From Candidatus Aenigmatarchaeota archaeon (GTDB lineage: Archaea; Aenigmatarchaeota; Aenigmatarchaeia; QMZP01; QMZT01), in assembly GCA_041489155.1 (NCBI GenBank), contig JBGPQP010000021.1, forward strand, positions 1 to 11,057: 11,057 nt of DNA, read 5' to 3'. The notes beneath the pieces were generated by a model. The model was not told where the DNA came from. It was given only the letters and a program-made list of their open reading frames with translations, and did no database searches. The position numbers were made by a program, and so were the translations under genes. Of the stretch, positions 1 to 7,482 are shown piece after piece. The first letter of the stretch is position 1; each line of letters opens with the position of its first letter.

Positions 1-2407
1 CCGCCGCCTTCACCATGTCGTTGTTGTGGGAGATGATTATGAACTGGACGTTCTTCGACTGCTTCTTCACCATTTCGATGACGCGCATGGTGTTCGGCTT
101 GTCGAGCGGCGCGTCGACCTCGTCAAGCACGTAGAATGGCGAGGGCTTGTATTTCTGTATCGTGAAAAGGAACGCGAGCGCTGTCAGCGCCTTCTCCCCG
201 CCTGACATGGAATCTATGTAAAGCAGTTTCTTGCCAGGCGGCTGCGCAGATATGAGCAGGCCGGAGTTTATGTCATTCGCGGCCTCGAGGCCGAGATCCG
301 CTTCGCCGCTGGTCAGCTCCCTGTAAATCTCCTTGAAGAGTCTGGACATCTCGCTCATCGTCACCGTGAAGACTTCGCGCTTCCTGCCCTCTATTTCCGT
401 GATGCTTTTTACAATGCTTTCCTTCTCCTTCGCGATCTGCGTGACCCTTTCCCTGAACTCCTCGAACTCCTCGTGCAGGACTCCGAATTCCTCTATCGCC
501 TTCATGTTCACCGGGCCGAGCGCGGCGATCTTCGCGAGCGCTTCCCTTTCGGCGTCTTTCAGGCCCTGCATGCCCTTCTTCTGGTACACCTCGCGGTCGA
601 CGGACGGAAGGGATTCCCATTTCTTCTTGTTCTCCTCCCACTGCTGCTGGAGGTTGTCGAAATTCGCTTCATACCTCGCGCGGTTTATCTTGAGCCTGTT
701 CAGCTCTTCCTGCAGGTTTGCCTTGCGGTCGAAGCTCTGCCTCCTCGCCTCGCTGAGCTTCGCGAGCTCATCCCTTATCTTTCCCATCCTCGCCTCGAAG
801 TCGAAGCTCTTCGTGTCCTTTATGCTTTTGTTGAAGCCCGCGAGCTGCTTCTCAACCTCCTCGATCTCCATCGCGAGTATGCGGTTCTCTTCTTCGAGCT
901 TCTTTATGTCCTTCGCGAACCTCGCGGTCTCGGCGTCGGCGTTCGGCGCCTTCTTCATGTAATAACCTCCGAAAACAGCGCCCGACGTCTCAAAGAGATC
1001 GCCTTCCAGCGTAACCATTCTCACACGATTTTTGTCCGCAATTCTCTTCGCCTTGTCGATGTCGTTGACGCATGCCGTCGCGCCTAGTACGTATTCGACG
1101 ACAGGAGTGAATTCCCTTTCATGATGCACGATATCGGAAAGCCAGCCTAACGTGCCGTCAGGCAGCTGGCCCTTCGAAGACGAGCGGATCTTGTCGAGCG
1201 GCAGGAACCTCGCCCTTCCGATCTTGTTGTCCTTGAGGTAGCGGATGCAGTAAATAGCAGTGTTCAGGTCTTCGACGACGATGTCGTTCATGTGCGAGCC
1301 GGCGGCGATGTCCGTCGCGATCCTGTATTGCTCCGGGATGACTACCAGATCCCTGAAGAAGCCGCGCACGCCCTTCATCTGCAGGACAGGCTTGAGATTT
1401 TCAGCTCCTCCCCTGCCGAGCATGCCCAGGTTCCTGATCATCTGGTTGAGGCGTTCGATCTCCCTCTCGTTCGAGGAGATGAGGTTCTCCTTGCTTTCTG
1501 CCGCGGCCTCGAGCTTCGATATCTTCTTCGTTATCTCGATCTGGTCCTTCCTCATGACTTCCTTCATGAGATTCTCGAGCTCCCTGTCCTTCGCCTCCAT
1601 GCCCGCGTCCGTTTTCCTTATCTCCCCGTCGAGCTTCGTCAGCTCTGTTTCCTTGTCCTTTATTTCCCCTCCGATTCCGCCGATGTTCTTCTCGGCTGAT
1701 GAGAATTCCTTGAACGTGATTGTCGCCTTCACCATGTCGAGCTCGGTCTGGAGATTGCGATATTCGACAGCGGAATCTCTGTCCTTCTGCAGCTTCGTGA
1801 CTATCTGCTCCTTCTGCTCGAGGATTATCTCCGCCTCCTTCACCTTCTCCTCGACCTTCTCCAGTTCTTTCAGCGCCTTCTCCCGCTTCTCGTCGTATTC
1901 GGTTATGCCGGCGATCTCGTCTATTATCTCCCTGCGCTCGAGCGGGTTCATGTCTATCACTTTCGACACGTCGCCCTGCTTTATGATGTTGTGGCCGCCG
2001 GGATTAAGGCGCGCCTGCATGAAGGTGTCGAGAATCTGCTGGCGCGTCGTGATTCTGCCGTTCATCCTGTAAGAAGAAACGCCTTCCTTGTTGAGAGTTC
2101 GCGTGACTATTACGTTCCCGTCATCGACCGGCAGCATCTTTTTCTCGTTGGAGAAGAAGAGGTTTATCTTGGCGGAGTCCGCCGCGGTCTTGTTCCTGCT
2201 GCCGTGGAATATCAGGTCCTGCGCCTTCTTCGCGCGCAGATGCCTCGATGACGCGCGGCCGAGAACGAAAGCTATCGAGTCTCCTACGTTCGACTTGCCG
2301 CAGCCGTTCGGCCCCGTCACGACAATGAAGTTCGACGGGAACACGATGGTGGTCGGCCGCTTGAAGGACTTGAAGCCCTGCAGCACGACCTTTTCCAGCC
2401 TTACCAT
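1..2407 (-). CDS. smc: Chromosome partition protein Smc, short-armed; 3' end lies beyond the left edge (802 codons in window)
   Basis: Manual translation from ATG at 2407 is open to position 2. It shows MVRLEKVVLQGFKSF, Walker A GPNGCGKS (K38), Q-loop IIKQGDV (Q144) and IIDEIAGI. The hinge runs GVRGFFRDLV..GRARFLPL..RMVTLEGDLFETSGAVFGG, with an intact GX6GX3GG motif. The C-terminal part has LGPVNMKAIEEF, signature MSGGEK (S735), Walker B/D-loop FYVLDEVDAPLD (E763) and H-loop QFIIISH. Confidence 0.97.
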   Translation of the reverse strand, partial: MVRLEKVVLQGFKSFKRPTTIVFPSNFIVVTGPNGCGKSNVGDSIAFVLGRASSRHLRAKKAQDLIFHGSRNKTAADSAKINLFFSNEKKMLPVDDGNVIVTRTLNKEGVSSYRMNGRITTRQQILDTFMQARLNPGGHNIIKQGDVSKVIDMNPLERREIIDEIAGITEYDEKREKALKELEKVEEKVKEAEIILEQKEQIVTKLQKDRDSAVEYRNLQTELDMVKATITFKEFSSAEKNIGGIGGEIKDKETELTKLDGEIRKTDAGMEAKDRELENLMKEVMRKDQIEITKKISKLEAAAESKENLISSNEREIERLNQMIRNLGMLGRGGAENLKPVLQMKGVRGFFRDLVVIPEQYRIATDIAAGSHMNDIVVEDLNTAIYCIRYLKDNKIGRARFLPLDKIRSSSKGQLPDGTLGWLSDIVHHEREFTPVVEYVLGATACVNDIDKAKRIADKNRVRMVTLEGDLFETSGAVFGGYYMKKAPNADAETARFAKDIKKLEEENRILAMEIEEVEKQLAGFNKSIKDTKSFDFEARMGKIRDELAKLSEARRQSFDRKANLQEELNRLKINRARYEANFDNLQQQWEENKKKWESLPSVDREVYQKKGMQGLKDAEREALAKIAALGPVNMKAIEEFGVLHEEFEEFRERVTQIAKEKESIVKSITEIEGRKREVFTVTMSEMSRLFKEIYRELTSGEADLGLEAANDINSGLLISAQPPGKKLLYIDSMSGGEKALTALAFLFTIQKYKPSPFYVLDEVDAPLDKPNTMRVIEMVKKQSKNVQFIIISHNNDMVKAA

Positions 2408-2427
2408 AATATGACAACCGCAACCTC

Positions 2428-2469
2428 TTTTATATGAATATATTAATATAAGTGTGAGAACTTATTTAT
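2428..2469. promoter_or_regulatory. Divergent archaeal promoter region between smc and the PIN gene
   Basis: AT-rich gap. TATA-like TATAAAA (2434-2428, minus) lies ~25 nt before the smc ATG. GAGAAC-TTATTTAT (2456-2469, plus) lies ~25 nt before the PIN ATG. Perfect palindrome TATATTAATATA at 2439-2450. Confidence 0.55.
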
Positions 2470-2491
2470 TTCTGAATTTCCAAAACTTCTC

Positions 2492-2881
2492 ATGAAGGCT
2501 TTGCTCGACACGAATTTCCTGATGATACCCGGCGAGTTCAGGGTTGACATCTTCTCCGGGCTGCTGAACCTGGGCTACACCGAGATATTCACGCTTGACA
2601 TCGTCGTCCGCGAGCTGGAGAAGTTCTCGACGAAAGGCGGCAAGACAGCGAAGGCCGCGCGCATAGCGCTGGAGCTGGTGAGGAATTGCGAAGTCTCGAT
2701 AATCCAAACGAAAGGCGACATAACGGAAGCGGACGCGGAGATCCTGCGCCTGGCGAGGAACAAGGGCTGCACCATCTGCACGCAGGACAGGGAGCTGCTG
2801 CGGAGAGCGAAAGCCGCCGGCATGCGCGTGATAACGATGCGCCAGCAGAAATATCTCGCCGAGTCGGGTGGCGATTTCTAG
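2492..2881 (+). CDS. PIN-domain ribonuclease, archaeal Fcf1/Utp24-like family
   Basis: 129 aa with LLDTNFLMIP at the N-terminus, VVRELEK, ADAEIL and CTQDRELLRR. The acidic PIN residues and the C-terminal VITMRQQKYL fit the archaeal Fcf1-like group. Confidence 0.88.
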   Translation: MKALLDTNFLMIPGEFRVDIFSGLLNLGYTEIFTLDIVVRELEKFSTKGGKTAKAARIALELVRNCEVSIIQTKGDITEADAEILRLARNKGCTICTQDRELLRRAKAAGMRVITMRQQKYLAESGGDF

Positions 2882-2896
2882 CGGTCAGGTGTCCTT

Positions 2897-3565
2897 ATGA
2901 AAAAAGCCGGCGGCAGAAAATTCAAGCTGGTGGTCTTCGACCTTGACGGCACGGTAATCGACGGCACAGCCTCGATATGGAAAACGTTCCATTCTTTCCT
3001 CGGCCTTCTCGAGCATCCCAGAAGACTCGAGCTGCGGCGAAAATTTTTTGCAGGCAAGATAAGCTACAGGCAGTGGGCTTTCGATGACCTCGATCTCATC
3101 AAGGAGCACGGCGCGGACCAGGGCAAGATGATGAAAGCGATGGAAGGCCTGAGACTCATGAAAGGCGCTCGCGAGACGCTGGCGGCGCTGAAGGCGAAGG
3201 GCTGCGTGCTCGGCATAATATCCGGCAGCATGGACATCGTGCTGGAGAGGCTGCTGCCCGACTACAAGAAAATTTTCAGGTACGTTTACATCCCGCACCT
3301 GGCCTTCGACGCGCAGGGCAGGATCAAGGGCATAGAGGTGGGGCACGACTTCTCGGACAAGAGCAAGGCGCTCATGGAAATCTGCATCAGGGAGGGCATA
3401 GACTTGGAGCAGTGCGTCTTCGTGGGCGACAACTACAACGACATACAGGCAGCGAGGATCGCCGGCCTGTCGATCGCCTTCAACTCCGGCTCAGAAAAAC
3501 TTAACGCAGTCGCGGATGTCGTGATAGAGAAGAAGGATTTGCGGGAAATCCTTAAGCACCTATGA
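2897..3565 (+). CDS. HAD-superfamily phosphatase, phosphoserine phosphatase (SerB)-like; substrate not certain
   Basis: Motif I VFDLDGT, motif II IISGS, motif III K (DKSKAL), motif IV FVGDNYND. SD-like AGGTG at 2887-2891. Starts 15 nt after the PIN stop, so probably co-transcribed. Confidence 0.88.
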   Translation: MKKAGGRKFKLVVFDLDGTVIDGTASIWKTFHSFLGLLEHPRRLELRRKFFAGKISYRQWAFDDLDLIKEHGADQGKMMKAMEGLRLMKGARETLAALKAKGCVLGIISGSMDIVLERLLPDYKKIFRYVYIPHLAFDAQGRIKGIEVGHDFSDKSKALMEICIREGIDLEQCVFVGDNYNDIQAARIAGLSIAFNSGSEKLNAVADVVIEKKDLREILKHL

Positions 3566-3576
3566 TTTAACTGCAC

Positions 3577-3924
3577 CTAACTTACCTTAAGACCTGTTCC
3601 CCATCTTACGTTCTCGCCGTCTGTTTTGCAGTAATCTTCTATAACTCTGGCTGCAGCAAAGAAACGTTCCACATCAAGAGCGCCGTTTATCTCGCTGAGT
3701 TCGTCAAAGACCCTGTAGACGTCTATTTTACCTCTCCTCAAAACCCTGTGAAGGATGGCAAATTTGTAGCCGTCGAGTGTGTCCGCAATATCTTCTGGAA
3801 GAAAATAAGGATAAGGATACGCTCCAGCAATCTTTGCAAGCCTCTGGTCATACTCCTTCATTTTGTAGCTCAGCTTTTTCCTTGAAACAGTTTTTTCAGG
3901 AAGCTCTATTTTCCATTCTGCCAT
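3577..3924 (-). CDS. Hypothetical protein, 115 aa
   Basis: Fills the gap between the HAD and permease genes. Has its own TATA box (TTTATAAA, 3961-3954 on minus) ~30 nt upstream. Visibly lower GC than its neighbours. No family recognised. Confidence 0.75.
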   Translation of the reverse strand: MAEWKIELPEKTVSRKKLSYKMKEYDQRLAKIAGAYPYPYFLPEDIADTLDGYKFAILHRVLRRGKIDVYRVFDELSEINGALDVERFFAAARVIEDYCKTDGENVRWGTGLKVS

Positions 3925-3929
3925 AACAT

Positions 3930-3961
3930 CTAAATACTACTATTTAGTGAAAATTTATAAA
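3930..3961 (-). promoter_or_regulatory. TATA box plus 7-4-7 inverted repeat (candidate operator)
   Basis: CTAAATA-ctac-TATTTAG at 3930-3947 sits between the TATA (3954-3961) and the ATG (3924). Confidence 0.55.
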
Positions 3962-4011
3962 ACTATCTCTGTTTTTCACGACGCTATGGTTTTCGCTTTG
4001 CCCCGTTGGCC

Positions 4012-5259
4012 CTACATCCACAGGAACTGGAGCAGGACATGCGCGACCAGCACGGCGATGACGGAGAAGGGAAGGCTTATTTTGAGGTAGTCTTTCAGCT
4101 TTACCTTGTAGCCGCGCTTTTCAAGCATGCCGCACGCAAACACATTCGCCGTCGCCCCGACCGGCGTTATGTTGCCTCCTATGCCCGTCCCGATGAGCAT
4201 GCCGAAAATGAAGGGGAACGGGCTGACGCCCATGAGACTCGCCAGCTGGTTGCAGACGGGTATCATAAGAACAGTGAAGGGGACGTTGTCTATGAACGAT
4301 GAAGCCGCGACGGAAATCCAAATTATTATTGCGAGCATGACGGACGCGTTGGTTATGCCGAGGCCGCCCATGCCGTTCACGAAGTCGGAAAGCAGGCCGG
4401 TGATTTCCAGCGAGCCGATCACTACAAAAATCCCTGTTATGAATAAGAACGAGTTCCAGTCGAATTCCTTCATCATCTTTTTGGCTTTCCTACCGCCGAA
4501 CAGCAGGGCGACGATCCCCACCACAACTCCGACGATGCCCGGTGTTACGCCGAAATAAGAGCTCACCACCAGGGCCAGGACGCCCGCCACGAAAATGACC
4601 GATGGTATGTAATCGACCTTTATCTTCTCGCGGGTGATTTTAACGGGCTTGTTCATGTGCCTGAACGTGTAAAGCAGGCTCAGCAGCGCGGCAACGACGC
4701 CGAAAAACGTCACGACGCCGAGGCTCAGCCTGCCTTGGAACCAGTAGAAATCGAAGAACTTCATGCCCGTCGATATCGCCATTACCAGCGCTGGCGGGTC
4801 GGCTATCATGGTCATAGTCGTCACGACGTTCGAGCTTATCGCGATCGCGATCATGTAGGGGAAAAGGCTGGACTTCAGCTTCCTCGCCATCTCTATCGCT
4901 ATGGGCGCCATCATGAGGACCGTCCCGACGTTTTCCATGAAAGCAGAGAGAGAAGCTGTTATTATGCAGATGGCCAGGAGGGCATATTTCTCCTTTTTCA
5001 CCTTGCTGACCACCTTGTCGGCTATAAGCGTCGGCATCTTGCTCTCCATGAAAATCATCGAGACCATCATGAAGCCCCAGTAGATGCCAAGGACGTCCCA
5101 TTTTATCGACGTGAACAGCGCGGCCTGCGGCGAGACTATGCCCAAAAGAATCAGCAGCCCTGCCGAGGCAAGGGAAATGTATGCCAGCTTCACTTTTCTG
5201 GAAATGGCGAGGGCGTAGCAGGCTATGAAAATGACGAGCGCGATGATTTGCTCTATCAT
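4012..5259 (-). CDS. ArsB/NhaD-family (ion transporter superfamily) permease; possible Na+/H+ antiporter or anion transporter
   Basis: 415 aa with many hydrophobic segments. Repeat-domain motifs SAFMENVGTVL, TMIADPPAL, SSFIDNVPF and GGNITPVGATANV are typical of ArsB/NhaD/P-protein permeases. Confidence 0.85.
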   Translation of the reverse strand: MIEQIIALVIFIACYALAISRKVKLAYISLASAGLLILLGIVSPQAALFTSIKWDVLGIYWGFMMVSMIFMESKMPTLIADKVVSKVKKEKYALLAICIITASLSAFMENVGTVLMMAPIAIEMARKLKSSLFPYMIAIAISSNVVTTMTMIADPPALVMAISTGMKFFDFYWFQGRLSLGVVTFFGVVAALLSLLYTFRHMNKPVKITREKIKVDYIPSVIFVAGVLALVVSSYFGVTPGIVGVVVGIVALLFGGRKAKKMMKEFDWNSFLFITGIFVVIGSLEITGLLSDFVNGMGGLGITNASVMLAIIIWISVAASSFIDNVPFTVLMIPVCNQLASLMGVSPFPFIFGMLIGTGIGGNITPVGATANVFACGMLEKRGYKVKLKDYLKISLPFSVIAVLVAHVLLQFLWM

Positions 5260-5260
5260 A

Positions 5261-5294
5261 TTTAAATAATTGGCCAGTCCGCTAAATAACTTTT
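5261..5294. promoter_or_regulatory. Overlapping divergent promoters for the permease (minus) and the RNA/hppA1 unit (plus)
   Basis: TTTAAATA at 5261-5268 (plus). AAAAG-TTATTTA at 5294-5283 (minus), ~25 nt before the permease ATG. A further AT tract, TTAAATTAAATTAA, lies at 5355-5368. Confidence 0.5.
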
Positions 5295-5354
5295 GGCCGA
5301 GGACGTGGGCAGACCTTTCCTATCCGCGTTTCCCTTATTATAGGGGCTCGGCCA
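5294..5354 (+). ncRNA. Candidate structured RNA (three-way junction); family not recognised
   Basis: P1 is TGGCCGAG/CTCGGCCA (5294-5301/5347-5354). P2 pairs 5302-5312 with 5320-5330, with three G.U pairs, one mismatch and a 7-nt loop. P3 is CCCTT/AGGGG (5332-5336/5342-5346). A GC-rich island in an AT-rich gap, starting ~26 nt after a TATA box. Confidence 0.45.
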
Positions 5355-5395
5355 TTAAATTAAATTAAGGGATAACACCAAAAGGCAGGGGCGGG

Positions 5396-7363
5396 GTGGT
5401 AATTCTGCAACTGGAATATTTTTCGTTCTTCTCGGGCGTTATTGCAATACTTTTTGCGGCAGCGCTTTCCTTTTACGTTCTCAGAAAGCCGGCTGGCAAC
5501 CATAAGATGAAGGAGCTCAGCAGGGTCATACACAAAGGCGCCCTGACCTACCTTAACAAGCAGTACAAGTTCCTGGTAGGCTTCGTTGCAGCGATGGCAC
5601 TCGTGCTCTACTTAATCATCGGGAAGGAGATAGCGCTGGCCTTCATCATCGGCGCCTTCTTCTCCGCCCTGACCGGGAACATAGGCATGCGCATCTCCAC
5701 GCTGGCGAATGCGAGGACCGTCGAAGGCTGCAGGAAGAATATCAACTCCGGCCTCAAGATCGCGTTTTCGTCCGGTTCCGTGATGGGCCTATCCGTCGTA
5801 GGGATTGGCCTGCTCGGTGTCTCGGTGCTTTACTCAATTTTTGGCGATCCCAGCATAATCTACGGCTTCGGCTTCGGAGCGAGCTCCATCGCGCTTTTCG
5901 CCAGGGTCGGCGGCGGCATCTACACGAAAGGCGCCGATGTGGGAGCGGACTTGGTCGGCAAAGTCGAGAAGGGAATTCCAGAAGACGACCCCAGGAACCC
6001 GGCTGTAATCGCTGACCTTGTCGGCGACAACGTCGGCGACGTAGCCGGCATGGGAGCCGACCTCTTCGAGAGCTACGTCAACTCGATAATCGCTGCGATG
6101 GCGATAGGCGTTGTCTTCTCGTCATTCCAGGGTGCTGTGCTGCCCATGATGCTGGCTTCCTTGGGGATTCTTGCATCCATAGCGGGAATGTTTTTCGTGA
6201 AGGCAAAGGGCGAGAACGCGCAGTCAGCGCTCAACCGCGGCATGATAGCAGCCTCGGCGATAATGTTCATCGCGTCTTACCCGCTGATATATTTCTTCGC
6301 CGGGCCGGCGCACATGGGCCTGTGGTATGCGACAGTCTCCGGCCTCGTCGCGGGCGTGGTGATAGGCCTCGCGACCGAATACTACACCTCAGCCGGCAGG
6401 GGTCCTGTCGATTCCATCGCGAAGGCGTCGCAGACAGGCGCGGGCACGACGATAATCACTGGCCTCGCGGTCGGCATGAGGAGCACCTTAATTCCCGTGC
6501 TGACAGTGGGGGCTGCGATAATAATTTCCTACCAGTTCGGCGGCCTGTATGGCATCGCCATCGCCGCCGTGGGCATGCTTTCCACTCTCGGCATAATGCT
6601 TGCCACAGAATGCTACGGCCCTGTAGTCGACAACGCGGCCGGCATTTCGGAGATGGCCGGTCTTGGCGATGAGGTGAGGAAGAGGACTGACACTCTTGAT
6701 TCGATAGGCAACACGACGGCGGCGATAGGAAAAGGCTTCGCCATCGCGTCCGCCGCACTGACCGCTCTCGCGTTGTTCGTCGTCTACGGCCAGACCTTCG
6801 GCCTGTTCTCGATGTCCATCACCGATCCTTACGTTGTCACCGGCCTTTTCATAGGCGCTCTGCTGCCTTTCATCTTCTGTTCCTTCGCGATGAACGCGGT
6901 GGGCAAGGCGGCATTCCGCATAATCATGGAAGTGCGCAGGCAGTTCAAGGAGATAAAGGGTCTCATGGCAGGCAAGGCGAAACCCGACTACAACAAGTGC
7001 ATCGCGATTTCGACAGAAGCCGCGATGAAGGAAATGATAATCCCTGGCTTCATCGCCATCATCGCCCCGCTGTTCGTCGGCTTCGTGCTTGGCCCGGCCG
7101 CCTTGGGCGGCCTGCTGGCAGGGGCGACGGCGACGGGCTTCCTGCTCGCTTTGATGATGGCCAACGCCGGCGGCGCATGGGACAATGCGAAGAAGTACAT
7201 CGCTGCCGGGCATCTCGGCGGGAAAGGAAGCGAGACCCACAAGGCGGCTGTCATCGGCGACACGGTCGGCGACCCGTTCAAGGACACCGCAGGGCCTTCG
7301 CTGAACATCCTGATCAAACTGATGTCGATTGTCGCGCTGGTCTTTGCTCCGCTTTTCCTGTGA
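5396..7363 (+). CDS. hppA: Membrane-integral pyrophosphatase, K+-dependent type, probably Na+-translocating (start codon uncertain)
   Basis: [41 protein letters not shown] and [15 protein letters not shown]+-dependence signature GNTTAA at 6707-6724. Helix 6 reads DLFESYVNS and helix 16 reads GPSLNILIK. Confidence 0.95.
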   Translation: MVILQLEYFSFFSGVIAILFAAALSFYVLRKPAGNHKMKELSRVIHKGALTYLNKQYKFLVGFVAAMALVLYLIIGKEIALAFIIGAFFSALTGNIGMRISTLANARTVEGCRKNINSGLKIAFSSGSVMGLSVVGIGLLGVSVLYSIFGDPSIIYGFGFGASSIALFARVGGGIYTKGADVGADLVGKVEKGIPEDDPRNPAVIADLVGDNVGDVAGMGADLFESYVNSIIAAMAIGVVFSSFQGAVLPMMLASLGILASIAGMFFVKAKGENAQSALNRGMIAASAIMFIASYPLIYFFAGPAHMGLWYATVSGLVAGVVIGLATEYYTSAGRGPVDSIAKASQTGAGTTIITGLAVGMRSTLIPVLTVGAAIIISYQFGGLYGIAIAAVGMLSTLGIMLATECYGPVVDNAAGISEMAGLGDEVRKRTDTLDSIGNTTAAIGKGFAIASAALTALALFVVYGQTFGLFSMSITDPYVVTGLFIGALLPFIFCSFAMNAVGKAAFRIIMEVRRQFKEIKGLMAGKAKPDYNKCIAISTEAAMKEMIIPGFIAIIAPLFVGFVLGPAALGGLLAGATATGFLLALMMANAGGAWDNAKKYIAAGHLGGKGSETHKAAVIGDTVGDPFKDTAGPSLNILIKLMSIVALVFAPLFL

Positions 7364-7390
7364 CTGCCGCAATCCTGCAATCAGAGAAGC

Positions 7391-7476
7391 TGTATTTAAG
7401 TAGGCGAAGTCAAAAATTTTTAAATACACTATTCAAATAATTTGAGTAAATTTCGGTTTGTGCATGTTGAGGTGAT
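7391..7476 (+). promoter_or_regulatory. Internal promoter, candidate operators and RBS for the second PPase gene
   Basis: CAAAAA followed by TTTTTAAATA (7411-7426). Inverted repeat TGTATTTAA/TTAAATACA at 7391-7399/7420-7428. Imperfect palindrome TATTCAAA-taa-TTTGAGTA at 7430-7448. SD GAGGTGA at 7470-7476. Confidence 0.6.
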
Positions 7477-7482
7477 GTCCGC

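Noticed and set aside
1..2407. Rad50/SbcC, Wadjet JetC/MksB or a pseudogene as the explanation for the short SMC
   Set aside because: It has a globular Smc hinge with GX6GX3GG rather than a CXXC hook, has Smc-type head motifs, and shows no stop or frameshift in 802 codons.
273..2423. ORF-track entries in this span (273-641, 333-962, 473-1087, 1260-2072, 1292-1699, 1991-2251, 2088-2414, 2121-2423)
   Set aside because: Antisense or off-frame shadows of smc. The Ser/Phe/Leu-rich translations mirror the Glu/Lys codons of the coiled coil.
2492..2881. VapC toxin of a toxin-antitoxin pair
   Set aside because: No upstream antitoxin ORF, and the motifs fit the housekeeping Fcf1-like PIN family.
5295..5354. 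tRNA gene or fluoride (crcB) riboswitch
   Set aside because: Only 60 nt, with no D-arm, no TTCRA T-loop and a non-canonical anticodon loop. The crcB GGCGATG/CTGATGA-type conserved segments are not visible on either strand.
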